Source: Roseibacillus sp.
GTDB taxonomy: Bacteria > Verrucomicrobiota > Verrucomicrobiia > Verrucomicrobiales > Akkermansiaceae
Length of the DNA: 64,000 bases
Assembly: GCA_051251855.1 (NCBI GenBank)
Contig: JBPOGI010000001.1
Location: 160,001 to 224,000 of the forward strand
Reading direction: 5' to 3'
Shown here: positions 28,778-38,552 of the stretch, piece after piece
How the letters are laid out: the number at the start of each line of letters is the position of its first letter
Numbering within the stretch: the first letter of the stretch is position 1
Made by a program: the position numbers and the translations under genes
Notes under the pieces: generated by a model
Database searches by the model: none
What the model was told of the DNA's origin: nothing
Seen by the model: only the letters and a program-made list of their open reading frames with translations

Positions 28778-29578
28778 TTAAGGGTGGCCGACCACTTCAC
28801 CGACAAGCGCAATCATGGGGATGGGGCCGATGTTGCGACTGTCTTTCGAGTGGGCGCGATTATCTCCGAGGACGTAGCAGTGATACTGGGGCACTGTGGT
28901 GGGCGGGAGGTCTGCGGAACCCCTGCGCACTGAGGGGCTTTCTTTGATGGCGGCGCCGTTGACCCAGACTTCACCAGCCTTAATTTCTACCACGTCTCCG
29001 GGCAGCCCAATCACGCGCTTGACCCAGGTCTGGCTGCGCTTATCAGGATTGCGAAAGGCGATGAGGTCGTAACGCTCGGGATTGTCGCGGAGGTAGGCAT
29101 CCTTTCTGACGACGATTCGTTGCCCTTCGGTGAGGGTGTTATTCATCGAGTTACCAGTCATCCTGAATCCTTGAATGAAGTTTTCTCTCAACGTGAAAGT
29201 GAAGCCAACAATCAGGGCAATGATGACGATGGAGATGGCAAGGTAGAAAGACCCCGAGTTGTATTCCTTAAGGCGATAGTCTTCGCGGCATTGTCGGGCG
29301 AGTTTCCTGGCATCGAAGGCCGAGTAGAATGAGAACGCTGTCAGGAGAATGATGATGACAATGCTGAGAATTAGGGCGTCTCCCAGTTCCATTGCTAACA
29401 ATACGATGCCTACAATGAAAACGAGGGAGAAGAAGGCGATGTGCAGTAAGCCGCGATTCAGGCAACCGCAATAGATTTGACCCAATCCTGGAGAGAGGTT
29501 CGAGAGGTTGAATGCGGTCTTGGGACTACGCGGTTTGATGGCGCCGAGTTCGGTGGTGGGTGTTGCTTGTTCGGACAT
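28778..29578 (-). CDS. lepB: Signal peptidase I with extra N-terminal membrane domain
   Basis: GNSMNNTL (Ser), WVKRVIGLPGD (Lys), GDNRAHSKDSR; N-terminal PGLGQIY + 3 TM. Confidence 0.88.
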   Translation of the reverse strand: MSEQATPTTELGAIKPRSPKTAFNLSNLSPGLGQIYCGCLNRGLLHIAFFSLVFIVGIVLLAMELGDALILSIVIIILLTAFSFYSAFDARKLARQCREDYRLKEYNSGSFYLAISIVIIALIVGFTFTLRENFIQGFRMTGNSMNNTLTEGQRIVVRKDAYLRDNPERYDLIAFRNPDKRSQTWVKRVIGLPGDVVEIKAGEVWVNGAAIKESPSVRRGSADLPPTTVPQYHCYVLGDNRAHSKDSRNIGPIPMIALVGEVVGHP

Positions 29579-29582
29579 GACT

Positions 29583-29822
29583 TTAGCTAATGAGTTGCAG
29601 GATGAGGTGGACTTTTGCGATGCCGAGGGCAACGCAGCAGGGAGTGGAAAGAGGTGCGGGCAGAGGAAGCTTCGGGAGTTCGACTGCTATCGAGGGTAGT
29701 TCTTGAGCGCGGATGGCGTTCATGACGTCTTGTTGAAAGCGAGGAGGCACTGACTCTTCGTCGAGCTGTTCCTTTTTCAAGCGGACCCAGTCGTCGATAG
29801 ATTTTTCTTGGGAAGGTTTCAT
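29583..29822 (-). CDS. Putative anti-sigma factor
   Basis: Directly after ECF sigma; VPPRFQQDVMNAI plus hydrophobic C-terminus. Confidence 0.6.
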   Translation of the reverse strand: MKPSQEKSIDDWVRLKKEQLDEESVPPRFQQDVMNAIRAQELPSIAVELPKLPLPAPLSTPCCVALGIAKVHLILQLIS

Positions 29823-29825
29823 GGG

Positions 29826-30359
29826 CTAGCGGTTGGCGGTTTCGAGGGCGGTTTTGAGAAAGTCTCGGGCACGGGAGACGCGGGATTTGATGGTTCCGAT
29901 GGTGGTGGATTCAATGCGAGCTACTTCGGCATGTGGGAGGTCCTCGATGACGGCCAAGACAAAGGCCCGTTTCTGCTTCGGTGGTAATTGGTGTAAAGCG
30001 ATGTCGAGCGCGGAGAGGTCGGCGCGCTCATCGACGGGTGAGGGCTTGGCAGATGATTCCGGTGGCTCGGCAAAGAGGGTGGGCTGCATGCGGTTCATGG
30101 CGTTGATTCCTCGACTGCGAGCGATCATGAAGAGCCAGGTTGAGAATCTGCTACGCACGGGGTCGAAGTCTCGTAGGCGACGGAATGCTTCCACGAGGAC
30201 GTCTTGAGCGACATCTTCGGCGAGGCGGCGCTTGTCGTGGAGGATGGTTGCGAGCATTCGTATCAGGGGTTGTTGGTAAGCATCTACGAGAGCTGAAAAA
30301 GCATCGACGTCCCCGTCCAGAGTGCGACGGGTGCAGTTGATTTCTTCTTCTTCGGTCAT
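29826..30359 (-). CDS. ECF RNA polymerase sigma factor
   Basis: AEDVAQD, FSTWLFMIA, IGTIKSRVSRAR. Confidence 0.92.
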   Translation of the reverse strand: MTEEEEINCTRRTLDGDVDAFSALVDAYQQPLIRMLATILHDKRRLAEDVAQDVLVEAFRRLRDFDPVRSRFSTWLFMIARSRGINAMNRMQPTLFAEPPESSAKPSPVDERADLSALDIALHQLPPKQKRAFVLAVIEDLPHAEVARIESTTIGTIKSRVSRARDFLKTALETANR

Positions 30360-30374
30360 GCAGTGGTCCCTGAT

Positions 30375-30401
30375 GATACCGACGAGAGCGGAGAAGGTTC
30401 C
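30375..30401 (-). promoter_or_regulatory. Candidate ECF autoregulatory promoter
   Basis: GGAAC-N16-GGTATC ending 15 nt upstream of the sigma ATG. Confidence 0.5.
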
Positions 30402-30516
30402 AAAATGATTGAGAAATTTTCTAGGGTGCTCTCCACCTCGTGAGATTTCCTGTGGGGATGTCTAGGACCGCATTGCTGCTTCTTTTCGTCTCGAAAGTGC
30501 CTTTTCCTTGGAGGTG

Positions 30517-31632
30517 ATGAAAGCGGTTCGAGAGATTGATTCTTTAAATAGTCTGCTGCGGCAGAAGGGGCAGTTGCATGGTGCGGTGGTGCAAGGCTTG
30601 GACTTATCGAAGGCAGGAGTGCCTTGGTCGGAGGTGGAGTGCCACGGAGCGGTGTTCTTGGGGTGTAATTTTCCAGAGGGAGTGGGGGTCTGTGATTTGA
30701 TGGAGAGAGGAGCCTCGGTGTTCCCAGCTTTTCCTGATTTCCCCTACGATCCCTATCGGCCGAGCCTGTATTCGCGAGATGAGCTGATGGAGGGGTGGAC
30801 GCCGAAGCAGGACTTGAGTTTGGATTTGCGCATCTATGAGCGCTTTGCGGAGCGGGGGCGGAAGCACCCTCATATCTTGGAAGCACTCGCGATGCGGTTG
30901 CATGACCACGCCATTGACGATGCTTTGGGGGACTTATTAGAAGGTCGTGTCGAGAAGGATGGCGTTAAGAAGGTGGTGGGAATCATGGGCGGCCATTCGA
31001 TGGGACGTGATGAGGAGGACTTTAAACGGGTGGCACGGGTGGCTTGGGCGCTGGCGAAGAAAGGTTACTTCGTGGCGACCGGTGGCGGTCCAGGGGTGAT
31101 GGAAGCAGGGAATCTGGGAGCGTATCTCGCTGGTGAGGATGAGGAGTCCTTGGAATGGTCTCTTTCTCATCTGGCGAAAGCGCCGGGCTATCAGGATGAG
31201 GGCTATGCGCAGCTGGCGCTGGATGTGATTGAGCGCTTTCCAACGGGAACATCGTCATTGGCGGTGCCAACTTGGTTCTATGGGCACGAGCCGACGAATT
31301 GGTTTGCGCAGCATGTGGCGAAGTATTTTTCGAATAGCTTGAGAGAAGATGGGCTTCTGGCGATTGCCACTCATGGAGTGATTTACGCGCGGGGAAGTGC
31401 GGGGACGACTCAGGAGGTCTTTATGGATGCCTGTCAGAATCACTATCAGACCTTTGAGGTGATTAGTCCGATGGTTTTCCTAGGGAGTGATTGGTTCGGC
31501 GACCGGACGGGGATTTTCGAGACAGTTTCACGACAGGCCGGGGAAAAGGCCTATGGGAAGTATGTGACCTTGGTCGATGAGGTGGCGAGTTGTGTGGCCT
31601 TCATTGAGGATCATCCGCCGGCGCTGCTTTGA
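30517..31632 (+). CDS. LOG-family Rossmann-fold nucleotide-binding protein
   Basis: VGIMGGH, ATGGGPGVMEAGN, GSAGTTQEVF. Confidence 0.8.
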   Translation: MKAVREIDSLNSLLRQKGQLHGAVVQGLDLSKAGVPWSEVECHGAVFLGCNFPEGVGVCDLMERGASVFPAFPDFPYDPYRPSLYSRDELMEGWTPKQDLSLDLRIYERFAERGRKHPHILEALAMRLHDHAIDDALGDLLEGRVEKDGVKKVVGIMGGHSMGRDEEDFKRVARVAWALAKKGYFVATGGGPGVMEAGNLGAYLAGEDEESLEWSLSHLAKAPGYQDEGYAQLALDVIERFPTGTSSLAVPTWFYGHEPTNWFAQHVAKYFSNSLREDGLLAIATHGVIYARGSAGTTQEVFMDACQNHYQTFEVISPMVFLGSDWFGDRTGIFETVSRQAGEKAYGKYVTLVDEVASCVAFIEDHPPALL

Positions 31633-31741
31633 AGGGGAGAATCGGACCGGTGGGGTGGGTGAGGGCACCCGAGCTCCTTTGAGGAGGCGGTTTCGGGAAG
31701 TTTGGCTTTGATTTCGAGGCTGGGAGAGGTCACTCAAGGGA

Positions 31742-32233
31742 ATGATCGCATTCAAAGAGTGGCAGGTGGTTTGTGAAGCGCTGGCTGCGGGGCGGCAGAC
31801 GGTAATTTTGCGCAAAGGCGGGATTCATGAGGGACGAGAGGGTTTTGCGTGGAAGCACGAGAAGTTCGCGCTCTTTCCCACTCGGTTTCATAATCAGGGA
31901 GAAGGCGTGAAGCCTGCTGATTGGGCCGAATATGGAGAAGAGGGGCTCTCGGAGTGGGAGGAGGGCGAGGTGGTCCCTATTCGGTGGGAGTGTTTGGTGA
32001 CCAAGGCGGTGACGTTGTCGTCTTGGGAAGAAGTGATGGCTCTTGATGAGCAACACATCTGGACCGAAGAGACGGTGCGCGAGCGTTTCGACTGGGAAAT
32101 GAAGGGGATGAAAGGCCAGAGTTTACACGCCGCAATCGTAGAAACGCGAAAAGTTTCGGAAACCTTAAGTATTGTCTATGAGAAAAGATGTCATGGCGGC
32201 TGCCGGAGCTGGTTAGAGCTCGATTTTTCTTAG
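31742..32233 (+). CDS. DUF1802 family protein
   Basis: AFKEW...GRQTVILRKGGIHE...GGCRSW. Confidence 0.85.
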   Translation: MIAFKEWQVVCEALAAGRQTVILRKGGIHEGREGFAWKHEKFALFPTRFHNQGEGVKPADWAEYGEEGLSEWEEGEVVPIRWECLVTKAVTLSSWEEVMALDEQHIWTEETVRERFDWEMKGMKGQSLHAAIVETRKVSETLSIVYEKRCHGGCRSWLELDFS

Positions 32234-32410
32234 TTCATTAGGTTTCCAAGCGATTTCTCAGTCATGAAAATGGTTACTTAAGTGGCTTATTATCAGTAAA
32301 AACTCCCTTTATTGTTAATTTATCTGAAAAATAATTGAACATTTAAAGTTTTCATGTCATAAAGGAGTTGTTGTTGGGATTGCTACCCCAGTATCAAACT
32401 ACTTGTTCCT

Positions 32411-33145
32411 ATGAAAACTACCTCCAAGAAATTGGCTATTCTCGCGCTTTTGGCTGTCGTTTCGGCCTCGAATGCTGCCGAGATTCCTAGCGGAAATATT
32501 TCCGCAGATGCTAAGCTCGTCTTAGCCAACAACGTGTATCCCAAGCTCGATTGGAATATCACCTACCCAAGTGATATCACCACGATTGTCACGGTGACTC
32601 CTCCAGGAGGAATTGTGCCGAAGACGGACCTGACGCTGCATGTGCGTTGCTTGGCTGCTGATGTTCAAGAGCGTCGTGAGTATTGGAATGGTTGGAAGTG
32701 GGTGGTGAGCTATCGTTATATCTCGGTTACGGGCTATGGCCGAAAGAACTCTAACAACTGGCGTCTTCTTTTCGACAATACTCAACCCTATGTGAATCCT
32801 TCAACCATCGTTTGGAATGAGGAGCTGGAAGAAGGGGATGAAATCAAGTTTGCTTCTAAGGCTAATTACTCAGGTGGAAAGTGGTACTACAGCGGGGAGG
32901 GGAGTTCCAACGTTCTTGTTCTTAAGAATGGTGACTACCCCCCGAGCTATGCCACCTGGGACACTCAGTCTACTCTTGGGACGCACATTGCCCCTTATTT
33001 AGATGAAAATGGTGCAGTTGATATCGGTCCTCGCGACCTGATTGTTGCCTTCGAACTCACTCATTCTATGAGCTCACAAGGTAGTTCTGGGGACATGCAG
33101 GACATGATTTACCTGCTGACGTTCCAAGAAGACGACGACATCTAG
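32411..33145 (+). CDS. Secreted hypothetical protein
   Basis: Sec signal (…ASNA-A); beta-rich; C-terminal GDMQDMIYLLTF. Confidence 0.75.
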   Translation: MKTTSKKLAILALLAVVSASNAAEIPSGNISADAKLVLANNVYPKLDWNITYPSDITTIVTVTPPGGIVPKTDLTLHVRCLAADVQERREYWNGWKWVVSYRYISVTGYGRKNSNNWRLLFDNTQPYVNPSTIVWNEELEEGDEIKFASKANYSGGKWYYSGEGSSNVLVLKNGDYPPSYATWDTQSTLGTHIAPYLDENGAVDIGPRDLIVAFELTHSMSSQGSSGDMQDMIYLLTFQEDDDI

Positions 33146-33176
33146 TCTTCTCGCAGTTCACTTCCCTACAAAAGTC

Positions 33177-33707
33177 ATGAAATCAACCTACTTTGCCCCC
33201 TCTCGGGCAGCTATCCTTGCGTCCTTGGGACTCCTCGTTGCAGCTGCAGCCCAGAGCAATACTCGACTCTCTCGTGAGGAGCTCATTGCGCGACGCGATG
33301 CGGCTAAGGAGCAATCTCTTCGCTTGCAACCAAAGGAGAGCGTGGAAGCTCAAGTTCATCCCTCGAAGTCTAGTATTTTGGACCGTTCGGTGTTGCTCGC
33401 CAATGGCCGCCACTGGACCTTCATACCAAAGGGGGCGGTTCTCTGTGCACCCGAGGTGCACAAGGAGCGAGTGAACGTATCGGAGGGAACAGGCCGGTAT
33501 ATTCCTTTTACTGAATTTGCGGCAAAGAATCGGGGCTGGCTGTCGACCTATAGCGTGACCTTGGAGCAAGCGAGGGGGAATACACCAATCTCCGAAGCTG
33601 TGCGCAAGGCTCTGAATGAAAGTGGTCGCGTGGTGATATCTGTCTGTAAAGGCGGCGCTATCACGACTCGTGCGCCAAGAATTCCCGAAGCAACGGCACA
33701 GAACTAA
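33177..33707 (+). CDS. Secreted hypothetical protein
   Basis: Signal peptide; WTFIPKGAVL motif. Confidence 0.7.
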   Translation: MKSTYFAPSRAAILASLGLLVAAAAQSNTRLSREELIARRDAAKEQSLRLQPKESVEAQVHPSKSSILDRSVLLANGRHWTFIPKGAVLCAPEVHKERVNVSEGTGRYIPFTEFAAKNRGWLSTYSVTLEQARGNTPISEAVRKALNESGRVVISVCKGGAITTRAPRIPEATAQN

Positions 33708-33727
33708 ACTTTCGAAAACACCTTATT

Positions 33728-34945
33728 ATGAAACTTAAACTAAAATCTCTCGTCGCTGCCGGTCTGGTGATGCCTGGCCTCGCCTATGGGCAGCTTGGAT
33801 TTACCAATGTCATCGAAATGGTTGAGATGGGGCATAGTGACGAGCCCCCGTTACTTTGGAATATGTCAGGCACCATTGAGGCAGAGGGTGAGGGTGTCGA
33901 TGCTGGTGCCTACGTCCCTGAGGCTGGTGCCATCTTTATTCTTTCCACAATTCAAGCGAGTCCCTTCAAGGATTGGTTTTTAGATCAGGCGGCGGTGGGT
34001 GCGTACATGCCTCAAGCTGAGTTGGAAATTATCACCCATGATACGGTGTCATTGAAGCCTCGGACCCGATCTGACCAACCGATTCGGGTGAACGTAGATG
34101 TGTCTGGTCTCGATGAATCGGGTGATGAGGACGTTCAGCAAGCAGCCAAGGAAGTTATCCTCAGCTTGTTCTCTGAATCCTATCCCGAAGGAGAGTTCTC
34201 GCTGCCTGGAGGAGAAGTCTCGAGCGCTGCCCACACGCAGCTTTCCTTGGAAGGGAATGGAGAGTTCCCACAAAGCGCCGGTGATTTGACTTTTTACACG
34301 AGCCTGAGTCCCTCTGCGCCTGACCAAGCATATGGCGAGGAGCACTTCGTCGTGCGCTCATTAAGTGATGGTGCAATCGAAGGGACTGCTCTTGATCAAG
34401 AGCGGGTGGAAGTATGGCCAGTTTGGTCTTCATCGCAGACTGGTCTCCAAGACGAGGCATTTGTGCCTTACGAATACTCAGGAGTCATTCCCACTGTGAT
34501 TGGTCAGGTTGCCGGAGAACTGGAAGCCGATGAGACCTTTCAGTTGGTTGATGGCGAGGTGGGGTATGAAGAGAAGCCGCCTAGGGTTGTGTTCAATTGG
34601 TATAATCGCTACCCCTCATCGGAAGTGGCCCTTATTGTTAATGACGCCTCGATTCCCCATCCTTGGGGAGGACGGATTATTCAAGGCTCAAGACATTATC
34701 ACAACGGGGATGATCCCGAGGATTTGGATGATTTGATCTATACTCATATCGAAGAACATTGGGAGGGACTCTTTTCTGGCCAAGGTAGGTATGCTGTGTG
34801 GATGGTCACTAAGACTCCTGGTATTGGCTGGGAAGTGGGAGGCAAGACTACCGCTGCCGGCGGACTGCAGCCTGGTGGATGGGTTATTCCTATCATGCGA
34901 GAGGGTATCACTGTGCGTGCTTCCGTTCAAAGTTTGGCGGAGTAG
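33728..34945 (+). CDS. Secreted acidic hypothetical protein
   Basis: Signal peptide (…LAYG-Q); beta-rich, acidic. Confidence 0.75.
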   Translation: MKLKLKSLVAAGLVMPGLAYGQLGFTNVIEMVEMGHSDEPPLLWNMSGTIEAEGEGVDAGAYVPEAGAIFILSTIQASPFKDWFLDQAAVGAYMPQAELEIITHDTVSLKPRTRSDQPIRVNVDVSGLDESGDEDVQQAAKEVILSLFSESYPEGEFSLPGGEVSSAAHTQLSLEGNGEFPQSAGDLTFYTSLSPSAPDQAYGEEHFVVRSLSDGAIEGTALDQERVEVWPVWSSSQTGLQDEAFVPYEYSGVIPTVIGQVAGELEADETFQLVDGEVGYEEKPPRVVFNWYNRYPSSEVALIVNDASIPHPWGGRIIQGSRHYHNGDDPEDLDDLIYTHIEEHWEGLFSGQGRYAVWMVTKTPGIGWEVGGKTTAAGGLQPGGWVIPIMREGITVRASVQSLAE

Positions 34946-34984
34946 ACCGTTGTCTAAACAAGCTGGAGGCTTCATAAGAAGGGC

Positions 34985-35908
34985 GTGATCCAGCGTCTTT
35001 CCCTCTCCGAGCTTTCTTCCGTTGAGCGTCCGCTTTCGCTCGCGCTCGGTGTCTTTGATGGTCTCCATCTCGGGCACCAAACCGTGATGAAGCGGGCGGT
35101 TGAGCGGGCGGCGGGGAGTGGCGGTTTGGCTGGGGTTCTCACTTTTGAGCCTCATCCAATTCAGGTTTTAGCCCCTGAACGCGCGCCACGCCGACTGCTG
35201 GCGAGCTTGAAGCACAAGGCGCATTTGCTCCAAGAGTTGGGGTTGGATATCCTCGTGGTGGTTGAGTTTAACAAGGATTTTGCGGGTCAAGAGCCGGAAG
35301 CTTTTCTTGAGATGCTCAAGCAGGCGCCGCAGCTCTCTTCGCTGGCGATGGGGCTGGACTGGCGCTTTGGAAAAGGGCGTCGAGGGGATGTAGAGATGTT
35401 GGCTGCCTTTGGGGAGCAGAACGGTATCTTCATCGATGCTGTTGGCGCAGTAATGATGTCGGGAGAGCGTATTAGTAGCACCCGTATTCGCCAAGCGCTG
35501 CGCGATGGGAATTTGAAGGCTGCCGAAGAAATGCTAGGGCGGCCTTACTCCGTGATGGGGGAAGTGAAGGAGGGCAGAAAGTTGGGCCGGACTATTGGAT
35601 TCCCGACCGCAAATATTGTTCCGCAAGCTGAGCAGCTTCCGCCAGAGGGTGTTTGGGCGGTGGAAGCGCGCTGGACTGAGGAGTGGCATCCTGCAGTGGC
35701 AAATTTGGGCCGGCGCCCAACGGTTGGAGCGGAAGATGATCGCGTGTTGGAGGTTCATCTCTTTGATTGGGAAGGCGACCTCTATAGTAAGGAAGTGGAG
35801 GTGCGATTCCGTTCTTTCCTACGGGAGGAAACGAAGTTTGATGGTTTGGAGGCGCTTAAGAAGCAGATCGGGCGGGATGTAGAGGCGGCGAAAGAGTTCT
35901 TGAAGTGA
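34985..35908 (+). CDS. ribF: Bifunctional riboflavin kinase/FAD synthetase
   Basis: GVFDGLHLGH, ISSTRIR, GRTIGFPTAN, LEVH. Confidence 0.96.
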   Translation: MIQRLSLSELSSVERPLSLALGVFDGLHLGHQTVMKRAVERAAGSGGLAGVLTFEPHPIQVLAPERAPRRLLASLKHKAHLLQELGLDILVVVEFNKDFAGQEPEAFLEMLKQAPQLSSLAMGLDWRFGKGRRGDVEMLAAFGEQNGIFIDAVGAVMMSGERISSTRIRQALRDGNLKAAEEMLGRPYSVMGEVKEGRKLGRTIGFPTANIVPQAEQLPPEGVWAVEARWTEEWHPAVANLGRRPTVGAEDDRVLEVHLFDWEGDLYSKEVEVRFRSFLREETKFDGLEALKKQIGRDVEAAKEFLK

Positions 35909-36333
35909 TGAAGTGGCTTTGGCGTCAGTCGGCTCGCTGGACCTTAATCAGCGCTCTCTTACGCGAGCGGGCGGTGGTCTTTTCGCTCGTCATTTTCTCA
36001 CTGGTTTATCTCGCCTTCTCTCTGTTCGAAATACCAATCTGGCGCTGCCTCTGGAGAATGGTAACGGGGTGGAGGTGCCCGGGATGTGGATTGACGACGG
36101 GGTGTAAGGCGTTCTTGAGAGGTCAATTTGCGGAAGGGTTGGCCTGGAACTGGTTTGCTCCTTTCGTGTTGTTAGGTCTCGTTTTGGTGCCGGTGGTTTT
36201 GGCCTTGCCGCGAGAGTTTCGCGAGAGAGTGCTTCTGAAGATGGAAGCGTTTGAGAGAAGGACTCGTCTCGCGTTGATGTTTGTTCTTTTGCTTGTTGTT
36301 CAGACGTTTGCTCGGTTGGGGGGGTGGGCTTGA
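35905..36333 (+). CDS. DUF2752 membrane protein
   Basis: C...TGWRCPGCGLT. Confidence 0.8.
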   Translation: MMKWLWRQSARWTLISALLRERAVVFSLVIFSLVYLAFSLFEIPIWRCLWRMVTGWRCPGCGLTTGCKAFLRGQFAEGLAWNWFAPFVLLGLVLVPVVLALPREFRERVLLKMEAFERRTRLALMFVLLLVVQTFARLGGWA

Positions 36334-36395
36334 AATGAATGAGCAGGACGTTTCTGAGACTCGAATTTCTTGAGATAATGAGCTAGAGTCTGGCC

Positions 36396-37091
36396 ATGGG
36401 TCCTCTTTTTGCCTTGGTAGTGATCGTGCTGGTGGCGTTGTTGGTGGTGCGTGTCGGGACGAACGCGCTTTTGTTGACGGGGGTCTCGCTACCAGTGGCT
36501 CGCTTTCAAGCCGCCTCGGCATTTTTTGGGGTCGGCTTTACGACCTCAGAGACTGAGATGGTGGTGAATCATCCGGTGCGGCGGCGTATTATTCTCCATC
36601 TCATTGTGGCGGGGAATATTGGCCTCACTTCGGCGGCAGCGACTTTGGTGATGAGTTTTGTCCAGAATTCGGATCGGGGGATAGGGCACGTTTTTTTGTG
36701 GGTCGTTGCCTTGGCTGTCGGGGTGGGGTTGGTGGGGTTGGTATTTAAGTTGCCGTTTATCAGTGAGCCTTTCGATCGTATGATGAGAGCTTCGCTGGAG
36801 AAGGCGGGGCTCCAGAATGCTGTCGATTTCGAACTGTTGCTGAAATTGCGAGATGGGTTTGCGGTTTGTGATTTTGTGATTGAGGAAAATCATCCGTGGG
36901 CCTCCAAGCATCTTCATGAAAGCCGTCCTGCTGATGTAGGTTTGGTTATTTTGAGTGTGGAGCGATCCGACGGAGAGTTCCTAGGAGCGCCGGATAAGGA
37001 TGCGCATTTGATGGCGGGAGATATGGTGACGGTGTATGGAGAAGAGTCGGCGGTGAAAGCTGCTTTGGAAGGTTTGGTCGTTGCTCCTTGA
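36396..37091 (+). CDS. Membrane protein with TrkA-C (RCK C) domain
   Basis: ARFQAASAFFGVGFTTSETE...HPVRRRI; C-terminal GDMVTVYG. Confidence 0.8.
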   Translation: MGPLFALVVIVLVALLVVRVGTNALLLTGVSLPVARFQAASAFFGVGFTTSETEMVVNHPVRRRIILHLIVAGNIGLTSAAATLVMSFVQNSDRGIGHVFLWVVALAVGVGLVGLVFKLPFISEPFDRMMRASLEKAGLQNAVDFELLLKLRDGFAVCDFVIEENHPWASKHLHESRPADVGLVILSVERSDGEFLGAPDKDAHLMAGDMVTVYGEESAVKAALEGLVVAP

Positions 37092-37130
37092 GTTTGAGCT
37101 TTGCATTCCTAGGGGACCCGCTTGAGTGGA

Positions 37131-38459
37131 ATGATGATGAAGGGGAAAGAGCATTGGCTGATTTTGGGGGCGCTTGTGGTGGCGGTAGTTTTGGCTTTGA
37201 TTCTGCGGGCGATGCCAGCGGGAGCTTTTCCTGCGACCATCGTGGAGAGTTGCCGCTTTGTGGGGGAGCTCTTCAAGCTGGCGCTGCAAATGTTGATTGT
37301 GCCGTTAATTGTGACGTCGGTGATTGCGGGCATTGCTGGACTGGGCGGCATGGAGGGTTTTGGGCGATTGGGAGGGAAGACGTTTGGGTTTTATGCGCTG
37401 TCGAGTTTCCTCGCGATTTTGGTGGGGCTGGTTTTGGTGAACTTGACGAAGCCAGGTTTGGAGGATGGCAAGCCGAACGAGGTGATTGCGTCGGCCTTTC
37501 AGGACAGTGCTAATGTGGCTGGGCAGGCGGATCGAGATAAGATTGAGACGGCGTTGGGGAATTCGGATCGCAAGGCGACTGACTTTCGGGACTTATTTCG
37601 TAAGATGCTGCCCAAGAACGTATTTTCTGCCGCGACGGACAATGGGCAGCTGTTGGGTGTGATTACCTTCGCACTTTTGTTCGGGATTGCGATTACCAAG
37701 TTGCCTCCTACCCAAGGGCAGCCTTTGGGGGAGATGTTTCAAGGCTTAAACGATGTTATGATCGTGCTCACAAAGTGGGTGATGGCGACGGCTCCGGTGG
37801 GGATTTTTGCGCTCATTGTGCCGGTGATTTTTGACACGGGGTTAGAGTTGTTTGCGAAGATGGCAACTTACTTCGCAACTGTGCTGGGAGCGTTGGCGAT
37901 TCACTTCTTTGTGACGCTGCCGCTGATGCTGTTTTTTATGGGACGAGTAAATCCACTCAAGCATTTCGGGTCTATGAAGACGGCATTGTTGATGGCGTTC
38001 TCGACTTCGAGTTCGTCGGCAACGCTTCCGGTGACGATGCGCAATGTACAGGACAATGCGGGGGTCTCGAAGCGGACGGCGAGCTTCACGCTGCCGCTGG
38101 GGGCGACGGTGAATATGGATGGAACTGCGCTCTATGAGTGTGTTGCGGTGATATTCGTGGCGCAGGTGATGGGGATTTCGTTGGGCTTCGGGGAGCAGTT
38201 TGTGATCGTGGTTTCAGCCTTGCTGACGAGCGTGGGAGTGGCGGGGATTCCGTCTGCGAGTTTGGTGGCGATTTTGTTGATTTTGAAGAGTTCGGGAATT
38301 CCCAATGCGGAGGCGGCGGCGTTTGCTTTGTTGGCAGTGGATCGTCCGCTCGATATGTGTCGCACGGCGGTGAATGTCTTTGGTGACTCTTGTGCGGCAG
38401 TGGTGGTTGCTCGCTCGGAGGGGGAGGAATTGCCAAAGTTGGCTTTGGGTAAGGGCTGA
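37131..38459 (+). CDS. Dicarboxylate/amino acid:cation symporter
   Basis: AFSTSSSSATLP, PLGATVNMDGTALY, DMCRTAVNVFGD. Confidence 0.93.
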   Translation: MMMKGKEHWLILGALVVAVVLALILRAMPAGAFPATIVESCRFVGELFKLALQMLIVPLIVTSVIAGIAGLGGMEGFGRLGGKTFGFYALSSFLAILVGLVLVNLTKPGLEDGKPNEVIASAFQDSANVAGQADRDKIETALGNSDRKATDFRDLFRKMLPKNVFSAATDNGQLLGVITFALLFGIAITKLPPTQGQPLGEMFQGLNDVMIVLTKWVMATAPVGIFALIVPVIFDTGLELFAKMATYFATVLGALAIHFFVTLPLMLFFMGRVNPLKHFGSMKTALLMAFSTSSSSATLPVTMRNVQDNAGVSKRTASFTLPLGATVNMDGTALYECVAVIFVAQVMGISLGFGEQFVIVVSALLTSVGVAGIPSASLVAILLILKSSGIPNAEAAAFALLAVDRPLDMCRTAVNVFGDSCAAVVVARSEGEELPKLALGKG

Positions 38460-38552
38460 TTAGTTTTTGGTCCTCTTGTCTTTGGTCTCATTCGGCTAAT
38501 TATCTCTGAATCTGCGGTTGGATAGTTGGGGCGGTGCTGGTAAGGCTCGCGC

